A DNA stretch of 64,000 bases from Octopus vulgaris (taxonomy: Eukaryota): assembly GCA_951406725.2 (NCBI GenBank), contig OX597824.1, forward strand, positions 84,196,001 through 84,260,000, written 5' to 3'. The notes below the pieces were generated by a model that searched no databases, was not told the DNA's origin, and was given only the letters and a program-made list of their open reading frames with translations. Position numbers and translations under genes: made by a program. The stretch's first letter is position 1; the number at the start of each line of letters is the position of its first letter. This document shows, piece by piece, positions 42,945-55,366 of this stretch.

Positions 42945-43319
42945 GTGCATGCGTGTCTGTTCACAAACACTCATATACGTATCTACATACATACAGCTCT
43001 CAATAATCTGTTGGCGTCAGGGATATTTTTAATCTCAGTCCTGAGTAGAAAATGATATATTTCTCTTTTGAAATTGACTTACCAAAGATTGTGTCATTCA
43101 ACAGTATTATCGAGCGAAGCAGGAAAGAATGGTGCACATCACCTGTTCTTCACATTTCAATATGTCTGGAAATTAATCAATCTAATCTAATCTGTTCTCC
43201 TTTCTCCTGGTAATAATTCATTGAGAACTGTCACAATTCTTGTTACATAACACAGCAAAATCCATCATAAAAGGACTGGGAATGATTATCAAATTATCGC
43301 CACTATGGAATCAAACTGT

Positions 43320-45000
43320 TAACTATTCTGATAGTCAGGCTATCACCAATCTGACGGTCAAGCAATCTATTGCTATACTGCAAGTCAGGCTATTGACATT
43401 CTGGTACACAGGCTATTTATTGTCTTTCTTCTAGCTAAGATGTCACCAGTGTGGTTGACAAGCCACATCTAATGTTAGTCTGGTTATCACTATTTTGATA
43501 ATCAAGCTATTTATCACCATTACGGTAGTCAAGCTATCACCATGCAAATAGTCAAGCTCTCTATCACCCTCCTGAGAGTCAAGTTTTCTATCACACCACT
43601 GGTTGTCAAGCTATCACCATGCTTATAGCCAAGATCTCTCTCTCACCTTTCTGGTAATCAAGCTCTCTATCATGCTTCTGATAGTTAAGCTATTACCATG
43701 TTAATAGTCAAGCTCTCTATCACCCTTCTGGTAGTCAAGCTCTCTCTCTCTCTCACCCTTCTGGAAGCCAAGCTCTCTCTCACCCTTCTTGTAGTCAAAC
43801 TCTCTATCATCCTTCTAGTAGTCAAGCTCTCTAACACCATTTTGGTAGTTAAGCTCTCCATCACACTTCTTGTAGTAAGCTATCTTCATGCTAATAGTCA
43901 AGCTCTTTATCACCCTTCTGGTAGTCAAGCTCTCTCTCTCTCTCACCCTTCTGGAAGCCAAGCTCTCTCTCACCCTTCTTGTAGTCAAATTCTCTATCAA
44001 CCTTCTAGTAGTCAAGCTCTCTAACACCATTTTGGTAGTTAAGCTCTCCATCACACTTCTTGTAGTAAGCTATCTTCATGCTAATAGTCAAGCTCTTTAT
44101 CACCCTTCTGGTAGTCAAGCTATCACCTTTCTGGTAGTTAAGCCCTCTATCATCCTTCTGGTAGTCAGGCTCTCTATTACTGTTCTGGTAGTTAAGCTAT
44201 TACTATGCTAATAGTCAAGCTTTCTATCACCCTCTGGTAGTTAAGCTCTCTATTACCCTTCTGGTAGTTAAGTTATCATTCTGGCAGTCAAGCTCTCTAT
44301 CACCCTTCTGGTAGTCAAGCTATCACCATGCTAATAGTCAAGCTCTCTATTACCCTTCTGGTAGTCAAGCTATCACCCTACTGGTAGCTAAGCCCTCTAT
44401 CACCCTTCTGGTAGTCAAGCTCTCCATCACCGTTCTGGTAGTCAAGCTCTCTATCATCCTTCTGGTAGTCAAGCTATCACCCTTCTGGTAGTCAAGCTCT
44501 CTATCACCGTTCTGGTAGTCAAGCTCTCTATCACCGTTCTGGTAGTCAAGCTCTTTATCATCCTTCTGGTAGTTAAGCTATCACCATGCTAATAGTCAAG
44601 CTCTCTATTACCCTTCTGGTAGTCAAGCTATCACCCTACTGGTAGCTAAGCCCTCTATCACCCTTCTGGTAGTCAAGCTCTCTATCACCGTTCTGGTAGT
44701 CAAGCTCTTTATCATCCTTCTGGTAGTTAAGCTCTCTATCACTCTTATGGTAGTCAAGCTATCACCATGCTAATAGTCAAGCTATCTATCACCCCTCTGG
44801 TAGTCAAGCTGCCTATTACCCTTCTGGCAGTCAAGCTCTCTATCACCCCTCTGGTAGTCAAGCTATCACCATGCTAATAGTCAAGCTATCTATCACCCCT
44901 CTGGTTGTTTAGCTCTCTATCCCCCTTCTGGTAGTCGAGTTATCTGTCAGCAATCTGGTAATTAAGCTATTTATCACCATTCTGCTTAACAAGCTATCTA
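43320..45000. repeat. Minisatellite of 27-bp and 23-bp units with higher-order blocks
   Basis: tcaagctctctatcacccttctggtag (27) and tcaagctatcaccatgctaatag (23); 190-bp block repeats at 43698 and 43888; decayed edges. Confidence 0.95.
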
Positions 45001-45862
45001 TCTTCTGACAACACCTTCATATTTTATGTTCTGATACACGAGCCAGTTGCTGTGTTGTTAAATATATCAGTGTCAGTCACTTGGGTGACTGTCTTTTGGA
45101 AGTGGTCTAGAATGCTTGTATATGTGCGTGTGCATATATCCATTGATGCATGCATGTGTGTGTGTGCAAGCAAGATTGCAGAAGATATTTGTATCCATGG
45201 TTATAATGTATCAGTGATTCAATTTTTGTGATTCAACTCAGTGGCCTACTTTTAGTTGTAGTATAGAATTACTGCAGTGTGTTGTTTCTTCTTGTTGTTG
45301 TTGTTATTGTTTGTTGAAGGTGGTGATGGTGGTGGTGGAAGTGGTGATAGTGGTAGTGGTGGTGATGGTGGGGACCCATGTTAATCAGTGCAATGGCTCT
45401 TTTATGGGTGGGAATTAGATCAAGGATGTTTTAGGCAGGTGTAGTAACGGGCAACATTGTCCCAGGTGGTAAAAATCAGTAATTGCTGTGCTTTAGTGAT
45501 TGAACCTTTATCAATCAATCAGAGGCCTTCTCTTGTCTACAGCCTTGGATCTTCAGGTGTGCACGTATATGTGTGTGTGTGCATGCACATATGTGTGTGT
45601 GTGTGTGTGTGTGTGTGATAGTAGCAATCACAGTGGTAGTAACAGCAGCAGCAGCAGCAGATGTTGTAACAACAGCAACAGCAATAAGCAGCATAAAAAC
45701 CTAATACAATGTAAATAATTTGCTAGTGTAATGATTACAATAATATATATATATGTGTGTGTGTGTGTATATATATATGTGTGTGTGTGTGTATATATAT
45801 ATATGTATGTGTATATATATATATATATGTATGTATGTATGTATATGTATGTATATATATGT

Positions 45863-45908
<46 letters not shown>

Positions 45909-45923
45909 GTATGTATGTATGTA

Positions 45924-45956
<33 letters not shown>

Positions 45957-46463
45957 GAAATGAAGAAATACACAAATAAGGAAATAATTACATAAAATAA
46001 ATTAGCAAATAAAGAAAAAAAGATATAAAATCAAAATCAAAAAGAGAAAATAAATTTTCAAAAATTCAAAGGAAAAATGTTTTTAAAAAAGCAAAAAAAA
46101 TAATGGTTGGTTAAAAAAAAAAAAACAGAAAAAAAACCACTGATGACTACAGAATGAAGAAGATAAACAATGACTGTTAGGAATGTTAGAGATACGTGGA
46201 ATAAGAAAGGGAAGTGAGTGACGGTGAGTGGTGAGTGGTGGTGAGTAATGGTGAGTGGTGGCGGCATGAAGCGAGAGAAAGAGCTGCTGCTAGGTTCTCA
46301 ATTAATGATACGAAGGCAACGGATATAATATGGAATTTAATACGAAAATACACAAACAAAAGAAAGAAATAAACCAAACTTCTTGGTTCAGCTCTGGCAG
46401 ATTAAATGTGATAATACTTGCTTACACACATACATATAGACACACATGTACACACAGATCTGC

Positions 46464-46501
<38 letters not shown>

Positions 46502-46541
46502 TTGTGTTTTATATATATATTTATATGTATGTGTGTGTGTG

Positions 46542-46572
<31 letters not shown>

Positions 46573-46693
46573 ATGTATATATATATATATGTGTATGTGT
46601 GTGTATGTATATATATATATGTGTATGTGTGTGTATGTATATATATATATGTGTATGTGTGTGTATGTATATATATATATGTGTATGTGTGTG

Positions 46694-46733
<40 letters not shown>

Positions 46734-46922
46734 TATATATACACACACACAGATGTACATATACATATGAGTGTAATATATTCATACATATATATATACA
46801 CACTAATATACATTTACATGTACACACACACAGATGTACTCACATATATACTCAGACATATATTTACACACAAACATACTCCCTTACATACATGTACACA
46901 CAGACATACTTACATATACACA

Positions 46923-46971
<49 letters not shown>

Positions 46972-47047
46972 ATACATAAATATATATGTATATATATATG
47001 TGTGTGTGTGTATGTATATATGTATGTATTCATACAGAAACACACAA

Positions 47048-47099
<52 letters not shown>

Positions 47100-47566
47100 A
47101 CAAACTCACATGCTAATGGATCCGTTGTGGGTTTTCAACACTGAGTATTTCTGTTACTTGATTAATTGAACAATTCATTCATTGTGTCAGCAACATACAT
47201 GTGGCTGAGTTAACCTTAGACATTTGTGTGCTTAATATAAATCTTCAAGCAGAATCAGTGTGACTCAGTACAATCTGTCTGCTAGGCTTCTGCACAGTTT
47301 CCATACACTCAATTTTAAATGCATGAATCAATGAAGGGGCTTTCTTGACCTGTTGAAATAACAGTCAATTCTCTTTCAAACCTCACCTAATCATCATAAA
47401 AGAGAAGGTTACTCCCTCAGTCGCACCCTATTGTTATAAAAATAAAGGGCCCAAAACCATATTGGATGATGTGGCCTTAGATTACCTGCATTTTGGGAAA
47501 AATGGGATGGCCACAGTTAGAATGTCTTTGATAATAGGTTTGCTTGATCAAGGCTGGCATGGATTT

Positions 47567-47800
47567 AAGGCAGCGAGCTGGCAGAATCGTTAGCACGCCG
47601 GGCAAAATGCTTAGCGGTATTTTGTCTGCCACTACGTTCTGAATTCAAATTCCACCGAGGTCGACTTTGCCTTTCATCCTTTCGGGGTCGATAAATTAAG
47701 TACCAGTTACACACTGGAGTCGATGTAATCGACTTAATCCGTTTGTCTGTCCTTGTTTGTCTCCTCTATGTTTAGCCCCTTGTGGCCAATAAAGAAATAA
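47567..47800 (+). mobile_element. SINE family B, full length
   Basis: Family B sequence; imperfect TSD ctggcatgg.tt.aa. Confidence 0.9.
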
Positions 47801-48379
47801 TCCTGGCATGGGTTAAATTGTTAAACAATGACCACAAAAATCCAGTTTCTCTCAAAAGACCTGGGTCAATGATGCATGCACAAGATGCCACACTGTAGGA
47901 TTGAACCCAAAACATAGCTATTACAAGGTAAACTTCTTAACCACATGTTCATGACTGTGCACACACAGATTTACCTACACACACACACACACACAACCAG
48001 CATATTGTGCTTGTCAAATATGTATGTATAGACATTAGAGGTTTTGCCACAGCTGTTTTAGCACTGCATATTTGCATGTTGCTTCAAGTCTATTATATAA
48101 GAAAAAGATTTTAGTGTATAGATTTTTGAGTGTTGCAGTATAGGAAAAAAGTCATATTTAGCTGAGCTGGTTTTACTGACTTCAGCCTCCCACAGTTTTG
48201 TGTAATTTTTTTTTTATATATTTAAAACTATGTGCAGATTAATGAATAAATAGGCATGACGCTTGGTCTAAATTTAACAGTTTGCATAAAAGGGAAAGAA
48301 AATGATATCCAATCCAAGAATAAAAGTATTAAAAATTTTTTTTTTTAAATATCAGTTAGATTATGGCTGGGAGATAACA

Positions 48380-49454
48380 ATTTAATAAAAGTAGCCACCC
48401 TCAGCTTTTACCATGGACTCAAAGTAGCTCTGAAACCTGATGTATGCATTCTCACTGTGTTCTTGGAAAGATGTTTGAGCACTTCCTTGACCCTGGTCAC
48501 CAACTCAGCCTTGGTGTTGCAGGCAGAGCAGTTGGTATCTTTCTCAACCACGCTCCAGATATAGTAATGCAAAGGATTAAAATAGAAAGAATTTGGAGGC
48601 TGGAAACTGGGGCTGGTGGAGTCATAGAAATTATCTGACAATTACTTCTGACTCTTTCTGGTGGTTTGGCAAGGAGTCTAATCCTGCTACCACACATATG
48701 GCCTTCCAGCAGCAACTCTCTCCAGTTGCTTCATACAGTTGTCTGAATTGATCTTAAGACCATCACAGTTTGGGGGGAACTTGATTTTTGTGATATATGT
48801 GAAATCACATGGATTGTAGGCAAGCCACCTTGTTGTTCTGGGTGTTGTCCAACTGGTCCTAGCAGTCCTTTTCATCTGAGAAGAACCAGATTATCCCCAT
48901 CTCAACAGGATGCCTCAGTTTATTCAGGAGCTTCTTTGCTTTCATTAAGCAATTGTCTTTGACCTCGGATGTCAGAATTTGTCTCTTGTACAAGTGGTAG
49001 CAAAAGTCCTCATTCAGAGCCCACTTCATGGTGGCAAGTCCAACACCCATGGATTCCCTTACTCAGATCTTTCATCACTTTGTCCTGCAGTAGTCGGATG
49101 AATCCCCGTGTGCAGATGCAGTCAGAATGCTTATTGTGTCCCTTCTTGCTGGCCACAGCCTTGTAGTCTCCTTTGCATCTGTCCATGTCACATTTTACAG
49201 CCTATATAGTGTTCACAGAGCATTGAGCCACAATCATGATTTCAGCACTTTGACACCCAGAACAAATCATCATGATACAGGTAAACTCTTTTCCAATATT
49301 CAGATGGCTTCCTGTCCTCTGTGTCAGCTAACCTTTTCTCACCTACCACTTCAATCTTTATGCTCTCCAACGCCATTGACTATTCACTAATAGATCAAGC
49401 TGTTCTGGAGAAAAGACATAAAAGATCATGAAATTTAGCCTGAACAACCTGTAT
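48380..49454 (-). pseudogene. Decayed Tc1/mariner-superfamily transposon of DD37D (maT-like) type
   Basis: WFFSDEK (D1); RPYVW*QD*TPC (D2); PPNSFYFNPLHYYIWSVVEK (D3 site now CAT); 37 codons between D2 and D3; 5' end TA-CAGGTTGTTCAGGCTAAATT. Confidence 0.85.
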
Positions 49455-50014
49455 AATATAATTTCCTCTCATCTGAGAATACATTGAAAATAAAAATTAT
49501 CTCAACCAAATGTTTAGTTCCATACTTTGTATGACATTTTCTTGTTAGCATGTATCATAGTGCTATCGGTAGTGGTGGTGGTGGTGGTGGTGATGACGGT
49601 CGGAGAGCTAGTGGGAGTGGATTTTTTTTTCTTGGATCCTGATCAACATTTAATCCTAATCTTCGGCAGAAATAGATTATGTAAACATCCGTTAACATCT
49701 GCTACAGCATTCTTTAATCCTGATTTCTGATCTCCACCCAACTCCAGTCCAAGTCCTTCCAACAGAGGAATCTTTACTTGGTTTGCTTGACTTGCTAGAA
49801 ATAGCAGCCAAATCTCCCTCTAGTCACTAGATAGATACCCTGTCGTTTGATTTGTGTAGCCCTGGATTCCTTATACTTAATAAAAAAAAGGACAGGATGG
49901 TCATGGCTGGAATATCTGAGCTAGAAAAGTTCCATGAGAGTTTTTGATAACCCTCACTGCATTGATGAAATTTTTGCTTCCTAATATTGAGAGACTGAAT
50001 TCTTGCAACCTCTT

Positions 50015-50383
50015 TCTATTCTTTTACTCTTTTACTTGTTCCAGTCATTTGACTGTGGCCATGCTGGAGCATCGCCTTCAGTCAAGCAAATCGACCCCAG
50101 GAGTTGTTCTTTGTAAGCCTAGTACTTATTATATCAGTCTCATTTGCTGAACTGATAAATGACGGGGACATAAACACACCAGCATCGGATATCGAGCGAT
50201 GTTGGGGGGGACAAACACATACACACACACACACATACATATATATATACATATATATAACGGGCTTCTTTCAGTTTCCATCTACCAAATTCACTCACAA
50301 GGCTTTGGTCGGCCCGAGGCTATAGTAGAAGACACTTGCCCAAGTTGCCACACAGTGGGACTGAACCCAGAACCATGTGGTTC
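50015..50383 (-). mobile_element. SINE family A, 5' end missing
   Basis: Reverse complement of family A. Confidence 0.88.
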
Positions 50384-50529
50384 AGTAAAAATATAATGTA
50401 TGCATGATATTATATGAAATATGGAAAATTCCAGAAAGTACTCTACTATCAAAAATGAGTAACTCAGTAACCATGTCTCAAGTGCACATGCCTGGAACCA
50501 AGTATACTCAGCTCCCACACAGTAAGGAT

Positions 50530-50870
50530 TAAACCAAGCCACATCTGAAGTCTGCCACCCAAAGGAAACTGACTAAAGGCTTTCAATAGTTAGATGGTGG
50601 TATTAAATCAGATTACAGATTACTCTACCACCCATGAGTACCCTCCTCAAAGCTTTCAAGAATTAGATTGAAGTATTAAACTGAGCCATAAATTCAGTCT
50701 ACTATCTTAGGATATCTTTGGCTTCCAAGAGTTAAATTGTGGCATTAGGAAAGGCCACAGATTAAGTCTACTGCTCAAAGGTACCCCACTTAAGGCTTCC
50801 AAGAGTTAGAAAGTGATATTAAACTGGGTTACAGTTTAAGTCTACCACCCAAGGTCTCCAAGAGATAAAA
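50530..50870. repeat. Old ~73-bp tandem repeat, about 4.5 copies
   Basis: gtctaccacccaa...ggcttccaagagttaga...gtattaaa recurs at ~50550, 50622, 50697, 50766 and 50840. Confidence 0.75.
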
Positions 50871-51008
50871 GAAACAGTCCCTGACTAAAAGAAACAGTCC
50901 CTCCACTGTTTTAGTTTGCCAGCCTCATTCGTAAGGCTACAACAGAAGACCCTTGCCCAGTGAGATTGAACCAGGAGCTATCTAGTTGTGTGAAGTGGAA
51001 CTTGTTAA

Positions 51009-51412
51009 CCCTTTCGAGACCACCAACCCAGATGAAATTGCCTTTGGCTCAGTAGTACAAATGTCTTGTTTTCATAAGTTTTGAATTAAAATCTTCCACC
51101 AAACCTTAGTCACAATTTATGTTCCTAAAACTAGCTTAATGATAACTATGTTATTTTACTAAATTCTTTGTAATATTTAAAGTAACTGAAACACAGAGCA
51201 TCTCTAATTGCTGAAACCGGCTCTGGCTCTGTAGTACAAATGTCCTGTTTTCATAAGTTTTGAATTAAAATCTTCCACCAAACCTTAGTCACAATTTATG
51301 TTCCTAACACTAGATTAATGATAACTATGTTATTTTACTAAATTCTTTGTTATATTTAAAATCAATTGAAAGAAACACAGAGCATCTCAAAATAAATACA
51401 GAAATGAAAGGG
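51009..51412. mobile_element. piggyBac-like MITE with TTAA TSD and internal ~179-bp duplication
   Basis: TTAA|CCCTTTC ... GAAAGGG|TTAA; removing it restores an old SINE end (aacttgTTAAgcacagaaccatgcc). Confidence 0.88.
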
Positions 51413-51997
51413 TTAAGCACAGAACCATGCCTTCTGTCAAGTACACAACGTGGTGTGGGTTAATACATTTGAGCTCAAAAGCTAAAACTCAGTTAGCCAA
51501 CACACTAAAGTAGGACTTATTAATCACTGAAAAAGCCATGCATTTAGTTAACAAAAAAAAAACCGTATTGGTTGATAGATTTGAACTCAAGATCTAGTAG
51601 TCAGTTGGCCAACACTCTACCAACTAAGCCACCTGCACCTGTCTCATTAAAACACCAATACATCTTATGACTGTTTCATAACTATTTCAGATAAAGTTAT
51701 CTTGTCTCTCAACAAATAATAAATATATATGGGTTTTTACACAAACACACACACACACACCACCAAATACTCATACACACATTATACACACAACACTTAC
51801 ACACACTGTATTTACACATTTACTGTCTTACACACTGACAGACACTATCTGAATTTTTATTGGTTCCATTTAAATAGAAAGTGAGTGCGATGGGAATTTC
51901 AATACCTGCGTGTGTATGTGTGAGTGTATGTTTGTTTGGGTGTGTATGGTGCATGTGTGCGTGTGTGTGTGTGTATTTTGTTTGGGTGTATGTGGTG

Positions 51998-52035
<38 letters not shown>

Positions 52036-52104
52036 TGTGCACTTATATATGCATACCTTGTTGTTAGGAGAAAATTTTTGATAGCTCTTGGTGTGTTGAT
52101 GTGG

Positions 52105-52167
<63 letters not shown>

Positions 52168-52384
52168 CATGTGAGTGTTTGCATATGTGCGCATAGTTGT
52201 TCAGGAAGAGAATATCGATATCTGTGTGTGAGTGTACATGTATATATGTGTTCATATATAATGTGCATCTGTGTGTGATGGTGTGTGTATATATATGTGT
52301 GTGTGTGTGTGTTTATATATGTATATTTGTATGTATGCATATATGTATATACACACATACATATATATATAAATACATATACAC

Positions 52385-52457
<73 letters not shown>

Positions 52458-52958
52458 TAGTTGTACGGAGACAAGAGAGTATTGATGTGTGTTTACACAT
52501 ACTAAAGTAGTTAAGATAGTGAGAGGTAAACAGACACAGACAGACAGACAGACAGAGCAAGAGAGGGAGAGAGGTGAGCTATGTCAGTGTAGTGTACATT
52601 ATATGTGTGCGTATATGTGATTCAGAGAGAAAGAGAGAGAGGAAGAGAAAGAAAGAGAGGGAGAGAGATTAATGATATTTCCTAGATGAGAAATATAGTT
52701 TATATTACCTGGATGTATCTCAGTCACTTCCTACCTGAGTATTAAAACAGATAAAGTCATTAATAGAAACCTTGTGTATGTGGGGGAACGTGGGGTGGGT
52801 GAGGAACACCATCCATCTTAACTTGCTTCTGTCTCTGTTTACCTGTGTATCTTCAAGGTTTGTTTGCAATTTAGGTTTAGAATTATATTCCCATATCACT
52901 CTATGGTGAAGTATCTATTGCAATAAAAATGATATATACACATACACAGCTCCTACAT

Positions 52959-53133
52959 GCATTTTTTTCTCTCCTTGTTTTTCTCCTTGTTTTTTTCTGT
53001 GTATCTTTCTGTCAAAGAGCGTAGGCTCGAAACGTAAAAGACTTTTTTCTATTCCTGAGCACTATACTAATACATTTGTTTGTTTGTACTCCATCTGCCT
53101 TCGTCTTTTGTTTATTTTTGTAAACTTTCCCTT

Positions 53134-53199
<66 letters not shown>

Positions 53200-53705
53200 T
53201 GTATGTATCAGTGGTTAGAGTGTTGGGCTCACTGTCGTGAAGCTGCATGTTCGATTCCCAGGCCAGACTGTGTGCTGTGTTCTTGAGCAAGACACTTTAT
53301 TTCATGTTGCTCCAGTTCACTCAGCTGCAGAAATGAGTTGTGACATCACTGGTGCCAAGTTGTATCAGCCTTTGCTTTTCCCTTGGATAACATCAGTGGC
53401 ATGGAGAGAGGAGGTTGGTATCCATGGACAATTGCTGGTCTTCCATATACAACCTTGCTCGGACTTGTGCCTTGGAGGGGAACTTTGTAGGTGCAATCCT
53501 ATGGTGATTCATGATAGAAGGGGGTAGATCGGTAACCACTACACACATTTTTTTCTCTCCTTGTTTTTTTCTGTGTCGCTTTCTGTAAAAGAGCGTAGGC
53601 TCGAAACGTAAAACACTTTATCATTTCCTGAGCGTTATACTAATACATCTGTTTGTTTTCTACACCACCTGTCTTCGTCTTTTGTTTTTTTTGTGAATTC
53701 TCCCC
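52959..53705 (+). mobile_element. Two Penelope-like terminal-repeat copies (52959-53133, 53546-53705) with variant minimal hammerheads, separated by microsatellite and a SINE (53209-53527)
   Basis: cttt-CTGTCAA-agagcgtaggctc-GAAAC-GTA-aaag (53005-53040) and cttt-CTGTAAA-agagcgtaggctc-GAAAC-GTA-aaac (53579-53614). Confidence 0.6.
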
Positions 53706-53706
53706 G

Positions 53707-53745
53707 TCAAACTGTTTAGAATAATACATGTAACTCCCAATAAAC

Positions 53746-53786
<41 letters not shown>

Positions 53787-53855
53787 TGGACAAATGAAAG
53801 AAAGGGCACTCAGCATGTTTATTGGGAGTTACATGTATTATTCTAAACGGTTTGA
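53707..53855. repeat. 41-bp inverted repeat with a (TA)n-containing spacer
   Basis: 53707-53747 vs reverse complement of 53815-53855, one mismatch. Confidence 0.92.
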
Positions 53856-54010
53856 TTCTAATTCTGTGCTACTTCAAGTTATGAAGTCCCTGATGGATTC
53901 TCACCAGTCTGGGGGACATGCCCCATTACGAGCTTCAAAACTTGAAGTAGCATGGAAACTGAATCAAGCTGTTTGGAATAATACAATATATATATATATA
54001 TATATATATA

Positions 54011-54041
<31 letters not shown>

Positions 54042-54092
54042 GACACACAAGGATGGCACATAAATTCATGAAATGTTCCATATTTTTAGGAT

Positions 54093-54192
54093 GCCTTGGT
54101 AGCACAGTAGAATGCCTTAGTAGTCAGTCTCATAATCAAACAAAACATGTTGAGGAATCTGAAGGTCGTGAGTTCGATCCTCACTTGGGACA
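54093..54192 (+). tRNA. Intron-containing elongator tRNA-Met(CAU), probably a pseudogene
   Basis: tcagt-ct-CAT-a | 22-nt insert 54135-54156 | atctgaaggtcgtgagttcgatcctcac matches eukaryotic eMet; D-arm disrupted, acceptor stem mostly G-T pairs; TTTT shortly downstream. Confidence 0.8.
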
Positions 54193-54966
54193 CATCATTT
54201 TAAGGTGCAGGTGTGACTGTGTGGTAAGTAGCTTGCTTACCAACCAGTGTTCCAGGTTCAGGTACTAATCATTTTTGCCAGCTGAGTGGACTGGAGCAAC
54301 ATGAAATAAAGTGTCTTGTTTAAGGACACAATGTGTTGGCAGGAATTGAACTCATGACCTTACAATTGTGAGCTGATTATCCTAACCACCAAGCCACGTG
54401 CCTTCACATGTATGTATGTGTATGTATATATTTAATATAGTTTACTGTGTATTGAAGAAACTTATCTCCTGATTACATCAAGTAATTTGATTGTTTTTGT
54501 TTGGGTTTTTGTTTTTTTCCCCCTCTTTCCTGATTATTTGTAATAAATAATTAAATGATAAAAAAACAGAAAATTATGGAATTTTCATATTTTTCACAAA
54601 AGCTACAGATATGATGATTATTCTGTCATTTTGTTTCAGGCTAAATTTATTGAGAATCTAATTTGAAAAAAATTACATTTCAATTTTTAATTTAACTAAA
54701 AATTTGCATTTAACAGCTTCAGTATTCTTTTATTGGTTTCATTCTGTTTGCTTTGCGGCCATACTGGGGCTTTGCCTTTTAGGGTTTTTGACACTAATTT
54801 ATATAATATCAACCCTCAGTACATGTCTGGTAATTGCTTTATTAATGGAATAATTTTTCCATTGCAATTCATGCAAAATAAATGATGCAAGATATTTTTT
54901 GTATGATGTGCCAGTTTTTCTGCAATCTCTTAGCAATATACGTATGTGTGTATGTATGTATGTATG

Positions 54967-55022
<56 letters not shown>

Positions 55023-55023
<1 letters not shown>

Positions 55024-55331
55024 CATCATTTAACGTCTGCTTTCCATACTAACATGGGTTGGACGATTTGACTGAGGGATGGTGAACCAGATGACTGCAC
55101 CAGGCTCCAATCTTGATCTGGCAGAGTTTCTACAGCTGGATGCCCTTCCTAATGCCAACCGAGATTGTAGTGGGTGCTTTTACGTGCCACCGGCCAGTCA
55201 GGCGGTACTGGCAACGACCTCACTCGAATGTTTTTACACGTGCCTTTTACGTGCCACCGGCACAGAAGCCAGTTAGCCGCTCTGGCAACGATCATGCTTG
55301 GATAGTGCACTTAGCACCCTACTAGCACAAG

Positions 55332-55336
<5 letters not shown>
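55023..55336 (-). mobile_element. Family D element
   Basis: D tail and internal units, between (TATC)n and (TA)n. Confidence 0.85.

Positions 55337-55361
<25 letters not shown>

Positions 55362-55366
<5 letters not shown>

Noticed and set aside
43698-44211. Leu/Val-rich repetitive ORFs
   Set aside because: Arise from the 27-bp minisatellite; the frame is broken by 23-bp units.
51575-51642. Minus-strand tRNA-like sequence
   Set aside because: A/B-box-like motifs only, with no consistent cloverleaf; likely a decayed SINE head.
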